This document shows positions 15,201-28,100 of a DNA stretch of 64,000 nt, in pieces. The position numbers and the translations under genes are program-made. The DNA lies in NCBI GenBank assembly GCA_051294905.1, contig CM119371.1, positions 8,620,001 through 8,684,000 on the forward strand. Reading direction: 5' to 3'. Below the pieces are notes generated by a model that saw only the letters and a program-made list of their open reading frames with translations, was not told where the DNA came from and did not search any database. Each line of letters opens with the position of its first letter. Position 1 is the first letter of the stretch. Source of the stretch: Botryllus schlosseri (Eukaryota).

Positions 15201-18200
15201 AAAAGAAGGCTTGAATTAGCTTTGCAGATGTGGCGAATGGGTTTTTGGGCAATTATAATGGATATAACTATGCCTAACTCGTTGCCAATTTGTTAAAGTC
15301 GTATGGAAAGATTGGGTGCAGAATGCCTATGAAACCACATATGCTTGATGCTCACTTGGACGAGTTCAAAGATAATATGGGAGCTTATTCTTAAGAACAA
15401 GGTAAGCGATTGCATCAAGACATAAAAGTTTTTGAAATGAGATACCAAGGGCTATATATTGAAAGCATGATGGGAGATTATGTTTGGGCCCTAATGCGGG
15501 AAAGTAGAGATGCAGAGTACAAAAGAAAATCCCGAAAAACATCCCATTTTTATTAATTTTATACTCGAACTGTTTTAGCCTGAAATATTTATTCAGTTTT
15601 GCATTTAACGATGGTATCGATTCGGATACAGTTAATACATTTATGTGCAAATTTCCATGTACCCAATGACTGTGCTTTGTGATTTGATTTTATTAACCAA
15701 AGTTCTAATTCGTTGCCTATTATTATGCAAAGTCAAAATTAACCCTATGCCAGACAGAAAAATAGCCAAAAGTTGATTCTAATTTGCTTTGCGAAAAAGC
15801 AATCGATAGCCTACGACTAACGCGTCGGAATATTTAGTTATTAAATTTATAGATATAACTTCTTAGTCGATGCCAAGCGATTAAAAATGGACTTGCAGCG
15901 ATCAAAGACAGTTTCGTAAATATCCATTTCCTATTGAACTAATCAGTATAACCATGCACAATATTGCACAATGCACATACTAGCAAATTACAAAAATTAC
16001 TCTCCCAACCACAAAATTAATGTTTGGAATCAGCTATATTGATTATTGGAAGTTTCCAGGTGAGACAGATCAGAAAATATCAATTGAAACCTGGGAACAA
16101 AAATCTTGTTACAGGATGAAATCCAGCAAAATATCCCATTTTTAATTGATTTTATACTTGATCTGTTTTAGCCTGAAAGATTTATTTAGATTTCCATTTA
16201 ACATTGATTCGGATACAGTTAATACAGTTATGTGCAAATTCCCATGTACAATGCACCAGCGATCAAAGACAGTTTGGTAAATATCAATTTCCTATGGGGT
16301 AAATCAGTATAACAATGCACAATATTGCACATACTAACAAATTCAAAAAATCACTCTCCTAACCACAAAAATATTGAGTTTTGGAAGTTTTTAGGTGAGA
16401 GTGATCAGGAAATATCAATTAGAACCCGGGAACAAAAATCGTGTTACACGGTGTAATTATCATATTTTTGTGGCTCAAATTACGGACACTTTTTAGCTTC
16501 TACTAGCGGGCTGTACAATGAAATATGAACCCAATGTATGTCAATATGACGTAACACTTGCAAAGCTTTTTCTGTCGACTGAATACAGGAAGGGAACATA
16601 GGTCCTGAATTGAGCCATCATTAACATGAGCTCAAGTGATTGCTAGGGTGATTTCTTCACAGACCGGCTGAAATCGTAGTGTATTTGACAGCCCTGCTAT
16701 ACTGTCAGTTCGGTGCAGTTATGTTGTTGTGTGTTGTAACCAGGACAGAAAAAATATTTCTCAGCCCTCTACTGCCCAACACTGATCTTGGGCCAAACAT
16801 CGGGTAATCGATGCAACTTTCTGTGGCTTATTACAGTGTTGCGACGACTCGAGTCATGACTTGACTCGAGTCAGACTCGAGTAACCTTTTTCGTATGACT
16901 TGACTTGACTCGAGTCACCTTGCTAAAACTAAATGATTTGACTTGACTCGGCGTATCGGTGTCGATAAAAATCACTGTATCTTGCATATGTTCAGATTGT
17001 TCGAAACGCTAGTGTAACCCGTGGAAGCGAACAATCATTCAATGATCGTGCATTTTACTGAGCCTAGCGACTATGACTTACCCAATCGCGAGCGATTATA
17101 ACGTCACAAGTCTTCGCATGCCCACATAAAATGACGGGTCAACGCCTAAATGTTAGTTACTACACATCTAAATCATAGAAGCGAACACACTTGCCAATCC
17201 AAATTTCCAGATAGCGATTCAATTCGACGATGCCCAAGAAGTGAACGTAGTGCTGTTACCAAGAAATTGTTGGCCCGCAAATCCACTTTTTTCACCTGGG
17301 ACGTTGGAAATATTTATTGAAATGTGAAAGTTTGTATGAAATCAAATCATCTGCGTCGAGATACTGAGTAACTAAGAAGTATTCTATTTTCGTTATGACT
17401 TGAAGATATTCAATACAACGTACATCATAAAGCGACAATTGATATAGGTCTTAATATCAGCAAATTCATCAGCAAATAAAATTTCCTTGGATACATATTT
17501 ACGTCGAAGTATGATGCGAATTCGTCGCCGTTATTCGGAATAATTTCAAAATCGGCACCGATTTAGATTCCAATAATATTGGTCATTTCCAGACGTAGAT
17601 AATTATTTAGGTATAGTAGGGTTATCATATTTTTGTGGCTCAAATTATGGACACTTTTTAGCTTCTACTAGCGCGCTTTACAATGAAATATGAACACAAT
17701 GTATGTCAATATGACGTCACATTTACAAAGCTTTTTCTGTCGACTGTATACAACAGGAAGGGAACATAGGTCCTGAATTGAGCCATCTTTAACATGAGCT
17801 CAGGTGATTGCTAGGGTGATTTCTTCACAGACCGGATGAAATCGTGGTGTATTTGACAGCCATGCTATACTGTCAGTTCGGTGCAGTTATGTTGTTGTGT
17901 GTTGTAACCAGGACAGAAAAATTATTTTTCAGCCATCTACCGCCCAACACTGATCCTAGGCCAAACATCGGGTAATCGATGCAACTTTCTGTGGCTTATT
18001 ACAGTGTTGCGACGACTCGAGTCATGACTTGACTCGAGTCAGACTCGAGTAACCTTTTTCGTATGACTTGACTTGACTCCAGTCACTTTGCTTAAACTAA
18101 ATGATTTGACTTGACTCGGCGTATCGGTGTCGATAAAAATGTTCAGATTGTTCCCGAAACGCTGGTGTAACCTGTGGGAGCGAACAATCATTCAATGATC

Positions 18201-21200
18201 GTGTATTTTACTGAGACTCCATTGTTCTCTCACAAATAGATTGACCGCAAACGAATTGATCGAAGCTTGCAGCCTACGTTGTCGTAGACTAGCAGTAAAG
18301 TAATATAATACCAACATATATATTTCTGTTCTCTGTTCTTGCCTTAGCCAAAACTCTTGTTGCATTTGAAATTGAATTCGAATATAGTCTATATACTCCC
18401 CAACCATTGGCGCAGGCTCGAATTGTATCATATCAATATGTAAATTGGTAATGTATTGCATCTTATCAATTCGTTTCTCTATTCTCCATTCTATATTTTG
18501 GCTGGTAACTATAAACTGGGTACGTACGTACTTAACAGTTCTATTACGTATATGTGAGCGATGCAGCGCTTTCTGGGATGTACACTCACCTCTATATTCG
18601 TTCATCGGTTCAGAATCAATGACCACTAAATCTGTATTTCAGACAGCTAGCAAAATGCAATGACGTATTCGTGCCTCACACTACGAAAAGGCAACTTGAC
18701 TTGAATTGCGACTTGACTCATGACTTGTCTTGACTCGAGTTACCTCCGAAAATCGAATGACTTTTCTTCACTCGAGTCACCTTTGAAAATCGATTGACTT
18801 GACTCGACTAAAGTCAAAATTTGCAATGACTCGAAATGACTTGTGACACGATATAGTGACTTGTTCCCAACACTGGCTTATTAGGCATCTGGTTTCTGAA
18901 TGCATCTGGTTGGTAAATTGTGTGAATGAATTCTGTCAATAATATTGGTTCTTACATATATTACTTCATATCTACTGCGCAGCCGGTGGTTTCCGACCTT
19001 TTTGGTCGCAACTCCATTTCTGATTTGAAAATGCTCAAATTTGATAAGCTAATCACTGCAAAAGGTCATCTTGCCCAGACTTACTCAGGACCTAATTTTG
19101 AAGCTGATTACGTTCGACATCCCCATAATAAGAGCAAATGACCCCCAGGTTTAGAACCTCTGTCTTTAACTAAAGCATTCAAACGGCCTAACCAATTCTA
19201 GGAATACACCGTTGTCTTATAATTGCGATCACAATGGGATTTATTTTGATAAATGATGGTTATCTTTTTTATTTTCGATTGCATTTTTGCGAGGGAGGTG
19301 ATCTCATAATAATATTGATATATATTACAATACATCTCGGCGCTAAGTAAAATTTCAAGTGGCATAAATCTGCCAACATTGTTTATTACGAGAATATTTT
19401 GAAAGAGAGAGATATGGGTATTCTTTTTCGCCTGCACCATCGAGATGCTGTGACGACGAAGATGCGATACAGCCTTTATAGTAAGGTAATTGCACCCCCG
19501 GTTTTTTTCTCCTCCATGCTATCGTGAGTGCTGAGCGCCTAGCGGCCACGGATACCAGTTTTCCAGTCTGTGGTTTGACCCAGCCGGGGATTGAACCCAC
19601 GACCTACCGATCGAGAAGCCGGACGCATCACCATTACACTATCTCGCTCGGTTTCCAGCCCTCATAATTCCGAACATTTACGCATATTTTAGAATTTCCT
19701 CCTGGACGAAACTTGAGCAGTGAAATTCCGAACATGTCCAGGAAAATCCGGACGTATGGTAACTTTAATGTATACCGTAATCGACAATCCTATCAATACG
19801 CGTTCAGCGATTCTGGAAATTTAGTCATATTCTAAATAAATTGAGAATTTCTGACGATCCTTCGCGCGAAAATTCTTCGACAGAAGCATTGTTGTTGCGA
19901 TGCAGCAATGCGTTTGGAAAAGACCCACAAAGCACTGTTACGATCTTAATCCTATCCTCATATCAAAACGATTTCAAGCAGACGCCGGCAGCTAATATAA
20001 AATATGTATACGATCGAAGATGGGAAAATTGAGATTCCATGCAAGATGCGATTTCAGTTGACGAATATGGGCTACTGCTTTTTTCTCAAGATGTCTCTTG
20101 TGGTATACCGCTAGATGTCACGCTACTTATTGTGGACGGTCTTGAACTCGTATGTTGAATACGGTCCTTGGAATGGCAGTCACTCAGGCCAGACGGGCGA
20201 CTTGCAATTTACCTACCGATAGATATATCAATTCAAGTGTTTTGTGCTTAAACTCACTTGTGTTCTTTTTTTCAGACACACTGCAATGATCGCCAAAAGC
20301 TCATCGTTGATGTTGCAGTAGGATAAGTTCAAGCACTTCAGACTGTCACTCCTTGCTGCAAGCGATCCACAAATATGAGCCTTATCGCGACTCAATGAGA
20401 TCTCAGATGCATTTATGTCGGAAATTTGTCTCATAAGATCGTTGTCTCCTGATTCATAGATTGCTGTATATAGTTCCATGCGAAAGTGATTGTCCTCATT
20501 TCTCGTGAGTTGCAAACGAATCGATGCAGTAAGCAATGGCTGTTTCAGCGACCGATTCGAGACTGTCAGGCAAATAAGGCACCTCATCAAATGATATTAC
20601 AAGTTAGTCAAAAAAATCAAGGTGTCCACAGAGTCAGAAACCAGTGGCCGGGTTGAAGCGGGGTGGGCAAACTTTTCAGTCCGCGGGCCGCATTCGACAT
20701 CTCAGTCCCTTCGTGGGCAGCTTTATAGTATATTCGGAATTATAAGCCCCGACGCATGCTTTTATTTGATTATAAATCAGGGGTGGCCAACATTTTCGGC
20801 TAAAGGGCCACATGCAATGACATTAAATGAACTAGATCAACAATATCATAACTATAGTACATAACGGGTCAACTGTATACGGCCCGCTTGGCTTGGCTTG
20901 CAAGGACAGGGCCATTGGGTACCAGGACATGTCGATATCGAAGGTTTTCGCTAACACGAATCATTCACTTTGTGCCTAGGTTGCATCGTTGATGATCTTC
21001 CTGCGAGTGCGAACGCTAGGATACGTTATCTTCTAATTGCGAATAAAGTTAGACTCAATCGGATAAGTTAATCGTATTTTTTTCATTTTCAGGGAGGGGG
21101 TACCAAATTTAAAAGCGACAAATCGAGTGAAAATTAAATCACGCGAAGCGTGAATAAAAATATGACTACTATTCAATTTATTGTAATGCACGACGATTCA

Positions 21201-24200
21201 CTAAAAATGTGAGTGGACCCTGCTGCCAATAAGTCGGCAGTGATATTTTAGTAATTAACATCGCAAGTGTCAGGGCCAGATTAATCGATTTTTTTATGTC
21301 CTTGCGACTTCACATTCCGAGCAATTCATTTTCGATATAATAATTTCGGAAATTACCTCGTGGGCCACTCAAAACCTTCTCGCAGGTCACTGGTAATCCG
21401 ACTCTGATATATATTGTAACCATATAGTAACAGAAGACAGGGAAACAATACACGCAAACAATTTAAACATTGATTTGATGAACGCACATGCGTCAGAAAC
21501 ATTAACGAGATTTTATATGCTGGCCACCCTCAATCAATTCATCAAAATTGGGGACGAAAGTTGGGTTTTCTGAAATATTCTGACACGTCAAAAAAAGCCC
21601 TACTAATCTCTAATCAGTGTCTAATCACCATCCGTGCACCCGACCTTTAGTCAAAGACAATTGTTCTGAATCTCGGGGCCGTTTGCCTTTATTCTTGGGA
21701 TCGCGAATAATTTAAATGTAATCAGCTTCCAAAATAGGCAGTCAGCAAGTCTGGGCATGATGACCTGTATTAGTAATCAGCTTATACGATTTTGAGCTGG
21801 GCCACGGAACATTTACTAATTGGAAATTGAGTCGCGACCATAATAGGTTAGAAACCACCGGATATGCAACCTGATGATGCATGTTATAGTAATATATGGA
21901 TGATCCAATATTATTGAAAAATCCATTGACATAACTTAACAACCAAACGCATATAGAAACCAGATGCATATAGGCTAGTAAGCCCCCTAAAAGTTGCATC
22001 GATTTGTCGATGGTGGGCCCAAGATCAGTGTTTTTTGGGTCTGAGCAGCGGTCCTACGGTGACAACACACAACCGCATAGCTTCACCAACCTAGCAGTAT
22101 AGCAGGTATGTCAAACACACGATTATTTCATCAGGACCGTGAAGAAATCTGTTGCCGACCGTAGCAATCACAGGAGCTCACATTAGAGATGGATCAATAC
22201 AGGACCCATGTTCCACTCCTGTATACTGTCGATAGGCAAAGATTTGCTCGTGTGACAAGATAATGCGATTTTCGCCTGATTTCGCTATATATAGATTGCT
22301 GTACGTCTATAAACGGTAAATCATTGTTACAGTACAGAACCTTAGGTGGGGCAACGCCCCAGTTGCCCAATAGGACTAGCCACCACTGCTTTTAATGATG
22401 TACTTGGAAAATATATTTTGCGAGTGTCTTAGATAGATTCGTTCGTTGTATGTGTAGAATTAGTTGTATTTATAATCGATAATTTAGATATTGTAGGAGC
22501 GCATTAGTAGGTAACATGGTGATGTTGCTGTCAGCATTGTGCGTCCTTGAGTTAATTCAAAACCCCAATCAGCCAATATATGAACAGCTCGCTACTTACA
22601 GAATCAAATTTGCATCCAGTTCTAAGAATCGGGACGACCGACTTTCATCCCTAATTTTGACAATGATGATGAGCAGCTTATATATTCTGGTCTATGTTTC
22701 TGACGCGTGTACGTCATCATCAAAGTAATGTTTGGTTTGTTTTAAATATAAAAATACATATATATATTATCCATTATGTCGGTAACTATATAATCAAAAA
22801 AAATATTGAATTTTGGCTTGATATCCAAATTTTATATAGTGCGGCCCGCCAATGGATTCAAATGTTCAATGAATCCAACGAGCTAAAAAGTTTGACCGCC
22901 CATGTTTTATGCTTAAGTAAAATTGTATTAAATAAACATTATGCGGATGTTGCAATTTATGTACTGCGAAGGCAGCTTTGCTGCATTTCATCCACCTTAA
23001 CATTGATTAGATGTTTTTGGTAAACGTATTCAGGACATGGATATCATCATTCCTCTATAACTCAAATGAATACACAGGGGTGATTATATTACGCTAACAA
23101 TATACTTCATAAATATATGTACTGCGAGTTTCAAAGTCTTCAAAGTGGCGAGAATACGACTACATTTCTAGGAAAGTACATCACCGAAAGCTCTATTAGC
23201 CGCCGAAACTCACCTTCATGAAGATGATCCGACGATTGATCGTAAATGATGCCGTACACGAATCTTCGGACAACTGACCATCGCTCTTTGTGAAGGTCCT
23301 CATAGTTAAAGACCACGAAGTCTAGGAGCGACATTTCAGCCACGAAGCCAGCTGCAAGGAATTCCTGCATACTTTGATGACAAAAATAAAAAATGAAACT
23401 GCCATCCAATAGATTGCAACTGAGAAGGTTATTTCCAGGAACCTTCATCATGAGATCTTTCACCTCTTCCTTTGAAATTCCAAACATGTTTAAATCATGC
23501 TCTAAGAATGACACTCTCCCTTCTTTCATGCCACGATAGGCCATCGCTTTCAATTTTTTGATAACTTCGGCGATGGCATCAGCTTGTTGTATGTTCCTCA
23601 CACTACTTAGAGTAGATACTATTTTTTTGTAGAGACCTGTGACCGTCTTAGGAGGGGCTTCGGTCGGATCTTTGGCCATTATCACTGCAGTTAAGACCAG
23701 AAAAACAGGAATGGAAACTAAATTGATCAACCTTGGTGACATCGTTTTTATCTTCTCCCATGCTTCATCCCCATTCTGACCTATTAGAAACACGAAAAGC
23801 TTGTTTGCGTCATCTAGGGTTAGGCCAGAAAGCGTGATGATTTCATCAGGTCGAGCTTCCACAGGTAAATCTGAGACTTGAAATTCTCGTGAAGATATGA
23901 CGATCTTTGTATCTGCGAGTAGATTACGTGAGAGGATATTGTACATGATCGTAGCCGCATCGGTTGCAGTATAAGGATTTATTTTCTCGTTGCCATCTCT
24001 GTTGATTCCCCACGTGGCCTGATCCAAGCCATCGAAAAATAAAACTGCTTCTGATTGATTTTCGAGCAACCACTGATATGCATGATCCTCGTCGATCTCA
24101 TTCTGAAAGAGGCCGCCAAAGAGAAATTTAGATGGTTTGATGAATTCTTTATGTCTCATGCCTTTCATTTCTATATAACGTATCAATTTGTACTTGAGCT

Positions 24201-25080
24201 CAGAGCTGCTAGCAATAGCTTCTGTATTAGTAAGAGAATGGCCTAAAGTTCTTCTAGCGATTCTGCGCATCAGAGTGGTTTTCCCCGATCCCGCAGACGC
24301 AACTATGGCAGTGATAGAACTTTCCTCATTGATAACTTGTTGCAAAACATCGTCAAGGGCGATGAATCTATTGTCGTCAATTTGTCGTCGGAGGAATCCG
24401 TACTCCTTTCTGAATTGATTTTTCGTGACTTCCTTAGTTTTCCAGAATAAAAACTTTCTCTTTGTTGTGACTTCCATGTCGTGCACCTCTTCATAATTGC
24501 CTTTGAAATACTCTGACCTGGTGACCCGCCTCATCTGGGGATGAACTTGAAAATCTGGTTTGCTGAGGTCCTCGTCGGCGAAGTCTTCGAGAATTTATCA
24601 GCCGTCGTTCTTGATGAATTTTTATTGATGGTTTGGATCAGACCTAAACACGAGTCTGTAAAATAGTATTGTTCGTGTATAGTGATATTTTACTAGTGAA
24701 AATGATGGTGTTCCAATGTTTAATATTTGTTTGTACTATTTCATGCGAAGACTTCCATATTCACGAAATATAGCATAAAGCAGACGGATTTAACCCGGGT
24801 TGTGTTTACCACTCGAGCGTGCGAAACATCAAAGCAAAGGTACAGCTGGAATGCGAAATCATTTATGAACTGATGCTCTGCTATATATCTAGATCAGGGG
24901 TCGCCAACGCGGTGCCCGCGAGGACTCGATGAGAAGCCCGCGATCCTGCTCTAAAAATAGATCGAAAAGCAGCATTTACCAATATTCTTCAGATCACTAC
25001 TAGTGAGCTTTAAAATATATAGATTGATTGATTTAGCTATTCTTTTGTAAATCACACTAACGTGTAACTTACAAATTATA

Positions 25081-25121
<41 letters not shown>

Positions 25122-28100
25122 AACCCTTAAAATGATGATATTAAATGTCCTCAATTACAAATAGTAATAGACCAACATGTAGTAGAATCACTTGATATCG
25201 AATACTTATAGACTACGGCGCACTGCCCATACTGGTGACATGACAGAATGCCATCCACGGTCTTCTTGAAATGGCGAGGGGTTCCGTTATGGTGGCTCGA
25301 CGTCCAGGACAATGCCATAGGAGTAAACAACATTACTATTCGGTAGCAGATAGCCGTGAAGCACTAGTAGATTTTCAATTTCTGGATGTCCATTACGGAT
25401 TGCAGCTATCGACACAGCTTGTTTCTCTTACACTCAGCCAGTTTAGTACCATGTTTCTAACTTTCCGTAATCGTGGCGGCTGTCCGGTATAATGAAATCT
25501 TTCAAGTCTGAATGATGAACAGTTGGAGATTGAAATTGTAACACTGCAAAAGGACCTCCACCTGAAAGCCCAACAAGCTCCAGCATCTACCGCAAACTAC
25601 ACGAATTTAAGCACTACTTGTCAACCTTAACCGTTCAACCAGACGTTATTCTTATTCAAGAATCCCATCTTGTCCAAAAGTACACACCGAAACCAGGGGG
25701 TCAACTAGCGGTGTCTTACAAAAGCCTAGAGGTGGGCCGTGCTATAAGTCGGCAGTTACGGAAAATAAAAAGAATATCGGCCTGGTGTAAATGACCATAG
25801 TAGTCGACAAACACCATGAATACCACAAACCAACCAACCAGGGGGTCAACTATTCCGCCGTGATACGACGGTGCACTCTGGCGGTATTGCCACTTTTGTT
25901 CGAGCATCGCTCAATGCGTCTCTTTCGAACAACGCCTCGTCATCCATTTTTGAGGTACTATGTGTGCGAGTAGGGAACTGCAACGTTTACATACCCCCGG
26001 ACTGTGAAACTACGGCTAGTGTTTTAGGATATTTGACTCTTTGTCATCACGCTCCATTATTTGCGGCGACTTCAAAGCACACCATTCCTCTTGGAGTCCC
26101 TCGACAAATGCACGTGGCAACCAACTTTGCGACATGATGGATAGAAACGACCTTGTCCTGCTGAATTCATCGTCACCCACTCGTATGAATGTTGCGTGTG
26201 ATGCCATCCATCGCTGGTCACTTCTTGACCTGTCGATGTCGTCTCGGGACATTGCGGCGAGATGTGCCACAACGGTAACCGACGAGCTCATAGGTAGTGA
26301 TCACGTTGTAGTCCAGACCACATACAATAATAGGGCGTCATGCAATTCATCAAAACGAAGATGGGATTACAGTAAGGCGAACTGGCCAGCCTTCTCGGCT
26401 GCTGCGGATTTCCACCTCCAATCCAACTTCGCTGCTATTGGGGAAACTGAAGCCCTCCACCGCCATTTCACGAATAGCCTACTTTTAGCGGCGCGAGAGT
26501 CGATCCCACGACCGAAAATATCAACGAAAATTGCCGTACCTTGGTGGAACGTGGAATGTATTCGTGCTGTGCGCAGGAAAAGGGCCGCTTCCTTGAAAAT
26601 GAAACGAACTTTTCACATTCGAGACGTGATCGCCTTCAAACGTATGAGATCCGAATGTCGAAAAAACATCCTTTCTGCTAAACGCAAATGTTGGGAGGAT
26701 TTTTGTGGTACATTAGACCGAAAGTCTGGCACGTTATGAGATCTATGTCGGGAGAGCATCTAGATCAGTGATTCCCAACCGCGGCCCTGCGGGCCGCATG
26801 CGGCCCCCAGCTAGCCTTCTTGCGGCCCCCACAAAAATATTGAGAAATCGATTTATGAAAAAAAATTAGATTTATAAAATACTCTTGCTTGGCTTGGAGT
26901 CTGGAGTTTTCAATTAGGATTGCAGGAAAGTTGTGAGTAGACTGCTAAGATTACGTCACTGCTGTTTCAATGCAATGTGCCCTAGCTTTCCAGTTGAACG
27001 GGCAGTACCTATAGATATAGGTATTGACAGGACCATACCTGCCGCATCCCAAGCCACCCAATTGGGATTTTTTCGCGCTGCGCGCGATTTCAAGTTTCCA
27101 AGTACCTTAATTATTCGGTACTCTTCGACAAAGATAAAATACGCAAAGACATATAGAAGTAGGCATATCGGCGCTGGCCATTACCGCGCCACGACGCACC
27201 AAGACATATGAAGTTTTAGGCCATGTAACATGCGACTCCTAGAAGCGTGCCAGAATGATCGGCAGCGAGAAAACCTTGGCCGAAAAGGACTGCCCTTACG
27301 CTGACCGAAAACTTCGTTATGTATATTCAAAATACATATAGGTATAATTGACCATAGGCGCCTGAATGACTGGCGCCGAATGTTCCTGTCTTGGCAATCT
27401 GAACGTCACGAGACAAATAGGCTACCATCCCGCAGGGAAAAATTATATGCCAGTGAAGAACTACCAATTTGAAATCGTGTGCATCTTTTAGTTTAGTATG
27501 TTTGGGCGATTCTATATTTCTTGATATAGCAGACTGTAGGTCACGAAATAACAAATAACACCAAGTAACGAAGTCGTACCAACGGGTTCACCCGTCCGAA
27601 TATGTTTAATTATTATTTACGGGCCCTACAGTTTCCAAGACACCTCACTCAGCTCTACCGGTAAATCTGATTACGTGAGCAAAGAGGATTAGCAATTGAT
27701 AGCAATATATATGCAATTGCCGATCTTATTGACCTATTTTATTTTGAATTATCGAAAATTTTCGCGCTCCATGCTGGCTCACTAAACGGGGATCCTGATT
27801 TCGTGGCAGAAGCGAACAACGGCACGGCGGGTCGGTTTATCACTCTATGGGAGCTAAGACCTAAGTGTTTTGGGGGGCCTGACGAAGTGCTGTTTTGTTC
27901 CCGCCAACAGGTATACGCCCGAAGATGTTTAATTATTATTGAGTGGTCCTACCTTTTCAAACACAACTCACTCGGCTCAACCGGTCAATCTGATTACGTG
28001 AGCAGAGAGAGGATAAAAATTGATACCAATATATATGCAATTCCCGATTATATTGACCGATTCAATCATGAATTTTATAAATTTGTCGCGATTAGTCGAG

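Noticed and set aside
19575..19652. tRNA gene
   Set aside because: A/B boxes continue into a SINE body with no clean acceptor stem; it is a SINE head.
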